A stretch of DNA of 64,000 nucleotides from an uncultured Lachnospiraceae bacterium (GTDB lineage Bacteria; Bacillota; Clostridia; Lachnospirales; Lachnospiraceae), in assembly GCA_964449325.1 (NCBI GenBank), contig CAYUYJ010000013.1:9006-73005 (forward strand). The letters are read 5' to 3'. The first letter of the stretch is position 1. The number at the start of each line of letters is the position of its first letter. The notes beneath the pieces were generated by a model. It made no database searches. It had not been told where the DNA came from and saw nothing but the letters and a program-made list of their open reading frames with translations. Shown piece after piece: positions 36,071 through 44,258 of the stretch. A program made the position numbers and the translations under genes.

Positions 36071-36828
36071 GCAATACCCTCCGTTTCTGACAACGCTCTT
36101 AGAACTGTCTTTAGAGCACGTACACTCATTCTGTCACTGAAGTTCACGCTGTTGACAAAATCATCATAGTGCAACTCCAATAACCTATTGTTTACCAGAT
36201 TACGTGGGAAGTCTGTGTAAAATGGTTTTGCTGATATACTGCGGTAGTTCGTGTCAAAGTCTACCTCTAGCGGATATGAAAGCACATCCGACATGCAAGC
36301 TGCTCCATTATCAAAAATAGGAGCGGGTGAGTATTTGCCATCGGAGTAGAGGAAAGAAATATTTTTAAAATGTCGGTCATCATTTCTGGTCATAGCATCG
36401 ACACAGAGTATTGTGTCGATATAACTTTTTACATCAAATCCAACAATGCCAAATAAATAATCTCTCAAGTCATCATAGGAAATGGAATAGGATTGCAAGC
36501 CTTCATCCAGCAAATTCGCTACTGTCATTTCCACAGCATCTCCGACAAAATCTTGAGAATAACAACCAGAGCCAATCCTTTTTCCGTCCTCGTATATTAG
36601 GCACGCGCGGTACTTCACATAATCTTTCTCTGATAAGTCTGTAAAACTCAATAGGTGAGAGACGAGCACTTCTGCAGTATTCTCGTACCCTAAGCAATTC
36701 AATTTCACAAATTTATCGTTATGTTTCCATTTTATCTGATTGCCTAATGAGCTACTGAAGGCATCTAATCGCTCAGAACTTTTAACATGTATGATAGGTA
36801 AAGCATTAATACTAATATCTTCTAACAT
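36055..36828 (-). CDS. HipA-like Ser/Thr kinase core (short form)
   Basis: 257-aa ORF with a GxQxK-type loop (SLGNQIKWK), a HipA_C catalytic-loop-like TRNDDRHFKNISFL, and an APIFDNGAA Mg-binding-like motif. It lacks the ~150-aa N-terminal domain of canonical HipA. Confidence 0.75.
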   Translation of the reverse strand: MLEDISINALPIIHVKSSERLDAFSSSLGNQIKWKHNDKFVKLNCLGYENTAEVLVSHLLSFTDLSEKDYVKYRACLIYEDGKRIGSGCYSQDFVGDAVEMTVANLLDEGLQSYSISYDDLRDYLFGIVGFDVKSYIDTILCVDAMTRNDDRHFKNISFLYSDGKYSPAPIFDNGAACMSDVLSYPLEVDFDTNYRSISAKPFYTDFPRNLVNNRLLELHYDDFVNSVNFSDRMSVRALKTVLRALSETEGIAWKRC

Positions 36829-37122
36829 GTAACAATCTCCTTTCAGTTACCCAAATAATATTTTGGTCTGTCGCTTCAACAAGCATATCCTCGAAATCAA
36901 AATATAAAGCCGGCTTATCCTCTAACATAATGTATGTAGGCATTCACTCTCTGTATGGGTATTCACTGCAGTGCACGTAGTAACTTTTCTCTTTGGAGTC
37001 TCAGACAGCATAAACTCTAAACAAGTCAGCCAATCATTATCTTCACCGAATTCACTCTCAATAACGCCAAAACCATAGAGCTATTTTAGAACAATAGCCT
37101 CTTACATCTTTAAATTTCAACG

Positions 37123-37917
37123 TCATACTTCTACCTCTTTCCTTGCAAGCTGAATAGCCGGGTATATGTCTTCTACGTCCATAGAACCATAACAACTAGG
37201 CAGTAAAGACAAGAACTTTTCTTTCTGCTCAGCTGTATAGTCCCTAGTAATATGCTCTATATACACTTCTGTTTGAGATGTAGTAACTTCTTGAGCCACA
37301 AGCAGAACACAGTACTTCTGCATAAAGGAAATAAGTGCTGTGTCATCTGCTGTCTCATAGTAACGTACCAACAGCGTTTTGAACTCTCCAATACGTTCAA
37401 TAGGAACTTGGAATATGCCGATGTTGTTCTGTATTAGCACCTTATTAGCTATAAGCTGTGCAACTCTTTTATTGCCGTCAATAAACATTTGAGTACGTGC
37501 TACATAGCAGAAATACTTCAAGGCACGCAACGTAATGTCCGGAATCTGCTCGATAGCATTTAAAGCATCCAGAATGATTCCGGTATTGGGTATCTCAGGT
37601 TCCCATGTAGTACCACCAATTCTTACCGGTAGCGTTCTGATTGCACCTGCATCATGAAATAGCATGGCACCAACAATCTTATTGTATTCGCGCAATAGCA
37701 TAAGGCTATTGTCGTAGTCGATATTATCCAAAAGAAACTGCCATGCACGTTTCATGTTAATGATAAAGAGCACTTCTTCACTTGTAGTTGTGGTAGGTAC
37801 ATTAAGCAGTATCTCCTCTGTCTTAGGAAATGTTGTTCCAAGTCCCTCTAAGTTAGCACTCTTCCAGATACTATCGACTAAAAGTCTTTTTGCCATTGCA
37901 ATTGCTGAGTCTTTCAT
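37123..37917 (-). CDS. Fic/Doc-family protein with degenerate active-site motif
   Basis: 264-aa ORF from the ATG after GAGGTG. It has an N-terminal inhibitory-helix-like SANLEG ([S/T]xxxE[G/N]). The Fic core reads QMFIDGNKRVAQ instead of HxFx[D/E]GNGRxxR, with Gln (CAA, 37489-37491) in place of the catalytic His. Confidence 0.75.
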   Translation of the reverse strand: MKDSAIAMAKRLLVDSIWKSANLEGLGTTFPKTEEILLNVPTTTTSEEVLFIINMKRAWQFLLDNIDYDNSLMLLREYNKIVGAMLFHDAGAIRTLPVRIGGTTWEPEIPNTGIILDALNAIEQIPDITLRALKYFCYVARTQMFIDGNKRVAQLIANKVLIQNNIGIFQVPIERIGEFKTLLVRYYETADDTALISFMQKYCVLLVAQEVTTSQTEVYIEHITRDYTAEQKEKFLSLLPSCYGSMDVEDIYPAIQLARKEVEV

Positions 37918-38130
37918 AATGTACACCTCACATTCCTAATCGAATACATTTTAACAGAATTCTCTAATAGAGTAAAGACAGCGATTTTCACTAGAGAGTA
38001 GCGTCTACCTCCTCAAGCTTACTTTGCATACAAAAAGCAATAGTCTATGTCCGGAATCCAGTTGTCCTTAATTAGATAATCGACGACCTTTTTGATTTTC
38101 AATCTTCTCACCTTCTTTCTACATCCATTA

Positions 38131-38173
38131 CCCCAAAAAAGGTAAAAAAATAGCCCCTACTTTCGTAAGGGCT
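38131..38173 (-). terminator. intrinsic terminator just inside the island right end
   Basis: The minus strand reads AGCCCTTAC-GAAA-GTAGGGGCT followed by ATTTTTTTACCTTTTTTGGGG. It would stop read-through from the racemase gene into the island. Confidence 0.65.
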
Positions 38174-38383
38174 TGCCGATGAATCGCCAGATTCACCATA
38201 ACTGAATCAATTTTTACCGGTCAGTCGCCAGACCAACCATATCTGTATGCTTATCGTACATCGATATTATATGAAAAGTCAAATATTTTATGAACTATTC
38301 CTACATGCTATAACAACATATATTCACACAGGATTCCACAAAAACTATTGATGGATTGGCAGCTTGCATCCTGCAATCTTCCT

Positions 38384-38538
38384 TTCTATACCTCTTGTTT
38401 TTTTCCTTCTATGACAATATATGCAAAACACGAATGGTTGATATTCCTCTTTTATCACCCGATAGATTTATTCAACAATCCTATCCACTAATGCTTCTAT
38501 ATGAATCTTCATGGTATCCAGACATGGTATCGGACAAT
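38384..38538. repeat. right direct repeat (DR-R) of the accessory island
   Basis: This 155-nt copy contains the last 71 nt of the racemase ORF plus 84 nt downstream. Confidence 0.9.
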
Positions 38539-39160
38539 TCTCATCATTCAATGCCAACGGAAGTTCGGTACATCCAAGTACAATCGCTTCAATCCCGTCC
38601 CTTGTCTGCATATTCCTGATAACATCAAGCAGTTCCTGTCTTGTGGATTCCCTGACAATTCCCATCTCCAGTTCATTCGTAATTCTGTCATTTACCAGTT
38701 CCATCGTTTTTTCCGAAGGTGTCACAATTTCTATCCCCTGCCTTATAAACGGCTCCTTAAAAAAATCTCCCTTCATGGTAAATATGGTTCCCAAAAGACC
38801 GATTTTTCTCAATTTTCTTCGTTTTGCTTCCTCACAGACCACCTCCACGATACTTACCAGCGGAATCGGAGATTGCTTCTCTAATGAATCAAACACAATG
38901 TGCAATGTATTCGCTGACAACGCTGCAAATTCCGCACCGCCTCTTGCAAGGTTATGGATTGCCTGCAAAAGATACGCTGTCAATTCTTCATATTTTTCTT
39001 CCCGGCAATAAGACAATGCCCGATAAAGATTAATACTCTCTATGGAAAACTCCGGAAATTGTTTTCCGTCAGTTCCGGTATTTACCATGTGATTAATCTC
39101 CCGATAATAAACCAAAGTGGACTCCGGTCCTGTTCCGCCTACTAAGCCTAATTTTTTCAT
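38468..39160 (-). CDS. aspartate/glutamate-family amino-acid racemase (aspartate racemase-like)
   Basis: Start taken at MKKLGLVGGTGPEST (GGAGG SD), giving 230 aa. It carries both catalytic-Cys-region signatures of the Asp/Glu racemase family (GGTGPEST..., VLGCTELPL). Confidence 0.85.
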   Translation of the reverse strand: MKKLGLVGGTGPESTLVYYREINHMVNTGTDGKQFPEFSIESINLYRALSYCREEKYEELTAYLLQAIHNLARGGAEFAALSANTLHIVFDSLEKQSPIPLVSIVEVVCEEAKRRKLRKIGLLGTIFTMKGDFFKEPFIRQGIEIVTPSEKTMELVNDRITNELEMGIVRESTRQELLDVIRNMQTRDGIEAIVLGCTELPLALNDENCPIPCLDTMKIHIEALVDRIVE

Positions 39161-39191
39161 ATATACCTCCATACTGCAACGGCTTCCCAAA

Positions 39192-40454
39192 TCAAATGTT
39201 TTCCAACAATTTCTCCAGCCTTCCGAAGGTTTTCTTAAGTGCAACGGCAAGAGCCACTGTTAATGCTGCTGCCACAAAAAATACTATGTAAACACCACTC
39301 TTCAACACTTCAAACAAACTTCCGTAAATCGCCTGACCTATCGGTGATGCACACATCCCGATGCACATAGCACAGGATATAACCTTCCCTATTAAGTCTC
39401 CCGGCACAATCATTTGTAAATAGGACATAATCTGAATAGAAAACAAGGTTGCCAAAAACATCATCACAAAACAGCTAATCATAATAATAACATAAGAAAG
39501 CATGGCAGGAATCGGCAATAAAACAGCAACCCCAATCGGAATCAGCGTTAAAGCATCATAAAGAAGCAACAAATATCCGTTTCGTGCCTTCCATTTGTTC
39601 GCCAACATTCCGGCCCCCATTCCTCCGCATAAAGAACCGGCAGCCATAACACCTCCGGCATATCCATAAAGCTGATTTGCCGTTTCTGTATCAAAATCAA
39701 GCATCTGTGTTACAATAACAGGAAGTCCGATAATCATCAATGCACTCAGTACCATGTTGATGGCGGCAATGGCAATAGAAAACTGCATAATAAGCGGTTG
39801 TTTGTGTCTCATATAATGAAAACTTTCTTTCAAATCTCCAAATCCGATTGCAAAAATACTTCCCTCTGCTTCCTTCTTTTCAAACGGAATCCTAATAAAA
39901 ATTTCCATAACAGCAGATATCAGAAAACATACTCCGCTCACATACAAAATCGGTGTAATGCCAAAGAATCCGAACAATGCACCGCCAATAATCGGACCCA
40001 TCAATCCCGAAAAGGAGTTTACAAGATTGATTACTGCATTTCCCTGCATAATTTGCTCTCCGGAAAGAAGTGCCGGAATACTCGCCTGTACTGCCGGCTG
40101 ATAGGCTCCCTGTATTCCGTAAAGCAGAAACAGTGCCGTAAACAAAAGCCCCACAATATTCACATTTCCAATCAATACAATAATTCCTGTCACAAGCAGT
40201 GCGGTTGAAAAATCCAAAATCACCATAATGTTCCGTTTGTTGACACGGTCCGCAAAAATTCCTCCTATCGGTGCTAAGATAATCATTGGAATAAATGCGC
40301 ATGCACTTACAATTCCAAACAAGGCAGCCGAACCTGTCTCATTAAGCAAATACAACGGCAGTGCAAATCTTAAAATTGCATTCCCGAACAGGGAAATAAT
40401 CTGCCCCACTACTACCATTGTAAAATCACGACTCCACATTTTCTTTTTCTCCAT
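39192..40454 (-). CDS. MFS transporter
   Basis: 420-aa ORF with 12 predicted TM segments and the MFS loop motif GGIFADRVNKR between TM2 and TM3. It lies downstream of a TetR regulator. Confidence 0.85.
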   Translation of the reverse strand: MEKKKMWSRDFTMVVVGQIISLFGNAILRFALPLYLLNETGSAALFGIVSACAFIPMIILAPIGGIFADRVNKRNIMVILDFSTALLVTGIIVLIGNVNIVGLLFTALFLLYGIQGAYQPAVQASIPALLSGEQIMQGNAVINLVNSFSGLMGPIIGGALFGFFGITPILYVSGVCFLISAVMEIFIRIPFEKKEAEGSIFAIGFGDLKESFHYMRHKQPLIMQFSIAIAAINMVLSALMIIGLPVIVTQMLDFDTETANQLYGYAGGVMAAGSLCGGMGAGMLANKWKARNGYLLLLYDALTLIPIGVAVLLPIPAMLSYVIIMISCFVMMFLATLFSIQIMSYLQMIVPGDLIGKVISCAMCIGMCASPIGQAIYGSLFEVLKSGVYIVFFVAAALTVALAVALKKTFGRLEKLLENI

Positions 40455-40467
40455 GATACTCTCCTTC

Positions 40468-40488
40468 TTACATACCTTCGGTATGTAT
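40468..40488. promoter_or_regulatory. palindromic operator upstream of the MFS gene (putative TetR site 1)
   Basis: TTACATACC-TTC-GGTATGTAT lies immediately upstream of the MFS SD and nearly matches the site at 41190-41210. Confidence 0.6.
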
Positions 40489-40528
40489 CTGATTTTTTTA
40501 ATGGTCAGATTTCTCTGACCAAAAAGTC

Positions 40529-41176
40529 TTATTTTTCCGCCACATTCCGGTATGATTTTAACAAATCCATTACCTCCGGTGCAATCAGGTTAAGACCAAA
40601 ACCTTTTAGCAAATCGTTAATCAAAAGCATTCGATTGGAAAGCTGCACATCCGAAAGTGGAAAAATAATCGGATTCATCCACACGTCCGCTAAAAACATA
40701 ATAATATCGGCAAGTTCCTCCGGATATTCCGTTTTTATTGATCCATCCGCAGCTCCTTCCTTAACAACCGGCACAATGTATTCCGGCACAATGGTATAAG
40801 CGACCATTTTCAGATAATAGCTTAAAAGCCTCGGATTCTCCAACAAATTCGGTGTTACTGCAAACATTTCCTTCTGCTTTGGATTCACCATAGACTTGGA
40901 AAACATCTTTTCAAGCTTTTCCTTCCCATTCAGGGAACTGTCATCCCGAACCAAGCTCATCATATAAGCATTTTCCCTGCTTAAGCGTTCAACCACCGCA
41001 ATAAGAATCTCCTCTTTGGAACGAAAATGATGATATATGGCTCCCTTTGTCATTCCACCAAGTCCATCAATGATATCCTGAAGGGAAGTCTGGTCGTATC
41101 CTTTTTCTAAAAATAATTTTGTAGACACATCCAGAATCAATTGATACGTTTCTTCGGGATATTTATTTCTTGACAT
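40529..41176 (-). CDS. TetR/AcrR-family transcriptional regulator
   Basis: 215-aa ORF with an N-terminal TetR HTH (FLEKGYDQTSLQDIIDGLGGMTKGAIYHHFRSKEEI). Confidence 0.9.
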   Translation of the reverse strand: MSRNKYPEETYQLILDVSTKLFLEKGYDQTSLQDIIDGLGGMTKGAIYHHFRSKEEILIAVVERLSRENAYMMSLVRDDSSLNGKEKLEKMFSKSMVNPKQKEMFAVTPNLLENPRLLSYYLKMVAYTIVPEYIVPVVKEGAADGSIKTEYPEELADIIMFLADVWMNPIIFPLSDVQLSNRMLLINDLLKGFGLNLIAPEVMDLLKSYRNVAEK

Positions 41177-41189
41177 TCACTCACCGTCC

Positions 41190-41210
41190 TTACATACCGT
41201 TGGTATGTAT
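41190..41210. promoter_or_regulatory. palindromic operator upstream of the TetR gene (putative TetR site 2)
   Basis: TTACATACC-GTT-GGTATGTAT lies 14 nt upstream of the TetR start codon, with the same half-sites as site 1. Confidence 0.6.
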
Positions 41211-41307
41211 ATTAGCATATCGCAACACCAATGTCAACCGTATTTACTATTTTTTATTTCTCTTTTCATTCATCCTACTGCCCTTCCGAATTAGTATATC
41301 ATGTGTA

Positions 41308-42669
41308 TCAGGACGCCTTCTGCGATACCAAAGATTTTAGCTGCCATTTTCCCCGCCAATAGCGAATCAGACAAACAGCTGCTGTTGTAATCCATGTAGC
41401 CCCCGTTGTCACCCAGATACCCCAGAATCCAAGAAACGGAATTCTCGTCAGCACCTGTGAATAAACCACACGACACAATACCTCTGTGACACCGTTAATC
41501 ATAGCAAAACCGGTATCCCCACATCCATTCAAAACTGACCGTGGCACATAAATCATTCCCAGCCCGAAATAACATACACTGGTAATTTTAAGCGCCTTCG
41601 CACCAATCGCAATTACTTCCGGTTCGTTTACAAAAATCCCAATAATCTGTTCTGCAAAAAAGTAAGCAACCGGAATCATGCAAAGACTGAATACCAATAC
41701 CATAAGCGTCGCCTGACGGAATCCTTTTTTCACTCGTTCCAATTTTCCGGCTCCCATATTTTGTCCGCTAAAGGTTGTCAATGCAGTGCCGAGAGAAGAA
41801 AACGGTTGCTGCACAACCTGTTCAATCCGCCCGATAATGGTATAGCTTGCTATAACAGTCTCGCCAAATATATTCACAACCCCCTGCAATACCATACAGG
41901 ACACGGCTATCATGGAATTTTGCATGGCAATAGGAAGCCCTACTTTAACAGAACGTACAATAAGCTGTGGCTTCATCCGAAGCTGCTCTTTTGTCAATCG
42001 GAAATAGTCCACCTTGCGATACGCAAAAATGATACATGTAATTGCCGAAACTGCCTGTGCAATAATAGTCGCCAATGCCACACCAAATACACTCCACTGA
42101 AATCCCATGACAAACAATAAATCCAGTCCCACATTAACAACACTGGCCACAATCAAAAAATACAATGGTGTTTTAGAATCTCCCAATGCGCGAAGCATTG
42201 CCGCAATACCATTATATGCTGCTACAAAAATCACTCCGGCACAGGTAGTCCGCATATAGATAACAGAATCACCCATAATGGAAGCCGGAGTCTGCAATAG
42301 ACGCAATAATGCCGGAGAAAACAAAATCCCAACTACACTCACTATAATTGATGCTCCGGACAACACATAAATAGAATTTGCAATCATATTGCGAACATTG
42401 TTTTCGTCACCTGCTCCAAAATATTGTGCCACAATAATTCCGATGCCAATGGCAAGTCCTGCGCTTAAAGAAAAGAACAAAAAATTCATGGAGCCGCAAG
42501 TACCAACTGCCGCCAGTGCATCTGCACCTACATGATTTCCTACCACAATCGAATCTACCATATTATAGAACTGCTGAAATAAATTTCCCAATAAAAGGGG
42601 TAATGTAAATTCTATGATATGTCTTGCCGGACTTCCTACAGTCATATCTTTCACACTGTTTTTACTCAT
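41308..42669 (-). CDS. MATE-family efflux transporter
   Basis: Start taken at MSKNSVKDMTVGSP (AGAGGAG SD), giving 453 aa with 12 TM segments. MATE N-terminal signature: PLLLGNLFQQFYNMVDSIVVG. Confidence 0.88.
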   Translation of the reverse strand: MSKNSVKDMTVGSPARHIIEFTLPLLLGNLFQQFYNMVDSIVVGNHVGADALAAVGTCGSMNFLFFSLSAGLAIGIGIIVAQYFGAGDENNVRNMIANSIYVLSGASIIVSVVGILFSPALLRLLQTPASIMGDSVIYMRTTCAGVIFVAAYNGIAAMLRALGDSKTPLYFLIVASVVNVGLDLLFVMGFQWSVFGVALATIIAQAVSAITCIIFAYRKVDYFRLTKEQLRMKPQLIVRSVKVGLPIAMQNSMIAVSCMVLQGVVNIFGETVIASYTIIGRIEQVVQQPFSSLGTALTTFSGQNMGAGKLERVKKGFRQATLMVLVFSLCMIPVAYFFAEQIIGIFVNEPEVIAIGAKALKITSVCYFGLGMIYVPRSVLNGCGDTGFAMINGVTEVLCRVVYSQVLTRIPFLGFWGIWVTTGATWITTAAVCLIRYWRGKWQLKSLVSQKAS

Positions 42670-42848
42670 TTTTCCAATCTCCTCTTTGTGCTTTGTAACT
42701 CCTGCTGTCCCCTTGTTTTTCACTGAAAGAACTTTTCGTCTTTCTTCGGAAACTATCTGTAACACATTCTAATTTCTATATAACTTCTTTGCTATAAATA
42801 TATCGCACAAAAATTGTAAAAACCTATTTAAGTGAAAGCAAGGAACAC

Positions 42849-44149
42849 TCAACCAATCAGTACGGTTTTTCCTTCAAAGGCAAAGCCATAGCTGCGGATA
42901 TTTTCTCTTGAAATACCACGTGTCATCAACTGCGAAGCATACTGTTTTTCCTCTATCTGTAAAAGCGCTGCCTGTACGGTTTTTTCCAAACTTTCTTCTT
43001 TTTTCTTGTTTCTGACCTTAAACTCAAGAATGATGGCATCATCCTCACCCGGATTTACAGGCTCCAGCATCACATCATATCTGCCAAAACCACTCTCTTT
43101 ATTGGAACTGATGATATATTTCCCTTGCAAATCCACCAGAAGTCCGAGGACAAACCCATGATAAAACCGCTCAGGTTCCTCACCGGATGGTTCTTTTCCC
43201 GTGTCAAAATAACTGAATGTTTTGAGTGCCACACGGTTCATATAAGAATTCATGGCTTCCAAATCATCCTGCAGCAAAGCTTTGATAAAATCATTATAAT
43301 CCTCTTCCGCTTCCATAAACCAGTCATGAATCATATTACGGAACATCAGTCTGACCTCCAGATTGGTCAATGTAAGCTGATATTTTGGCAACGTTCCCTC
43401 CGGAATGTCACGGTAGCTTTCATAGGAAAGCACCTTTAAATATCCGCCGGCTAACAGAAGACTCCACACTGCCCTCTCATTGCCGTTCAATTGATTATAA
43501 ACAATCTGCTCGTCAATGACTGACTGAATACTCTCTCCACGAAGCAATACCTCAAACTTCTCTTTTATCTTTCGATTGCCTTCCCGCAAAAGCTTGCCTG
43601 CCAGGCTATTGGAACTGGTATTTGCCCAGTAAGTGGTATAATTTCCCTTATCCAGAAAGTTCAGAATAGACCATGGGTTATAAATCTCCTTATGCTCTCC
43701 AAAGATAAAGCCGTCATACCACCGCTTCACCTGCTCCTTTTCCTTGGAAAGTCCGCATTCCTCCAAAGCGGCAAACACTTCGCTCTCTGTAAAACCAAAG
43801 GAAGTGGCATACTTATCTGCCTCCGTCATCCATTCGCAATTCCTTACATATGCATACTTAATATATAAATCAACAAGCAACTGGCATATTCTGTCTTTTG
43901 TTGCCTGATAGTCTCTCTCCTTCACCGTAGCAAAGGACAGACTGATAACCGGATATGTTCCCTGCAGTTCTCTATATTTCTCCTCCTTCCAGATGGAAAG
44001 TCCTTCAAATACCTCTCTATGTTCTGCATAATCAACAGAAAAAAACTGTTCCACCATTCCTTAATAAAAGAGGTTTTATCAATATAAAAACAATTCTTTT
44101 GTATCAAATCTCCAAAATTTTGTATTCCGATTGCCACAGTTCTTGCCAT
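42849..44149 (-). pseudogene. AAA-ATPase-like/PD-(D/E)XK (DUF1703-type) family gene with internal deletion and frameshift
   Basis: The N-terminal fragment MARTVAIGIQNFGDLIQKNCFYIDKTSFIKEWW (ATG 44149, GGAGG SD) runs out of frame. The main ORF resumes at MVEQFFSVDY... in another frame. The segment that in family members carries RPRRFGKS/T is absent. The junction sits on the 9-mer ATGGTGGAA (44049-44057). Confidence 0.6.
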
Positions 44150-44258
44150 AACTACCTCCAAAAAAATTCGCTACACCAAGTCTTTTCCTTAGTATAGCGA
44201 ATTATTCGCAAAATTACAATGAAATTGCTCTTCTTTATGGTTTATGCAGCCCCTCGAA

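Noticed and set aside
24673-38538. Prophage or integrative conjugative element.
   Set aside because: There are no capsid, terminase, tail, relaxase, type IV secretion or integrase genes. The only transposase belongs to the self-contained IS66 copy, which has its own TSD.
40505-40522. GGTCAGA-TTTC-TCTGACC hairpin between the TetR and MFS genes as a terminator.
   Set aside because: No U-tract follows the stem on either strand (A-runs follow instead), so it is not called a terminator. It may still affect mRNA stability.
41291-41476. 61-aa ORF overlapping the MATE gene 3' end, and similar nested ORFs at 58936-59145 and 59070-59279.
   Set aside because: These are same-strand, out-of-frame overlaps with long, well-supported genes, and there are no translation signals.
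43922-44161. 79-aa ORF treated as an independent gene.
   Set aside because: Its first 34 residues are the canonical N-terminus of the AAA-ATPase-like family and the remainder is out-of-frame read-through. It is interpreted as the 5' fragment of the pseudogene 42849-44149.
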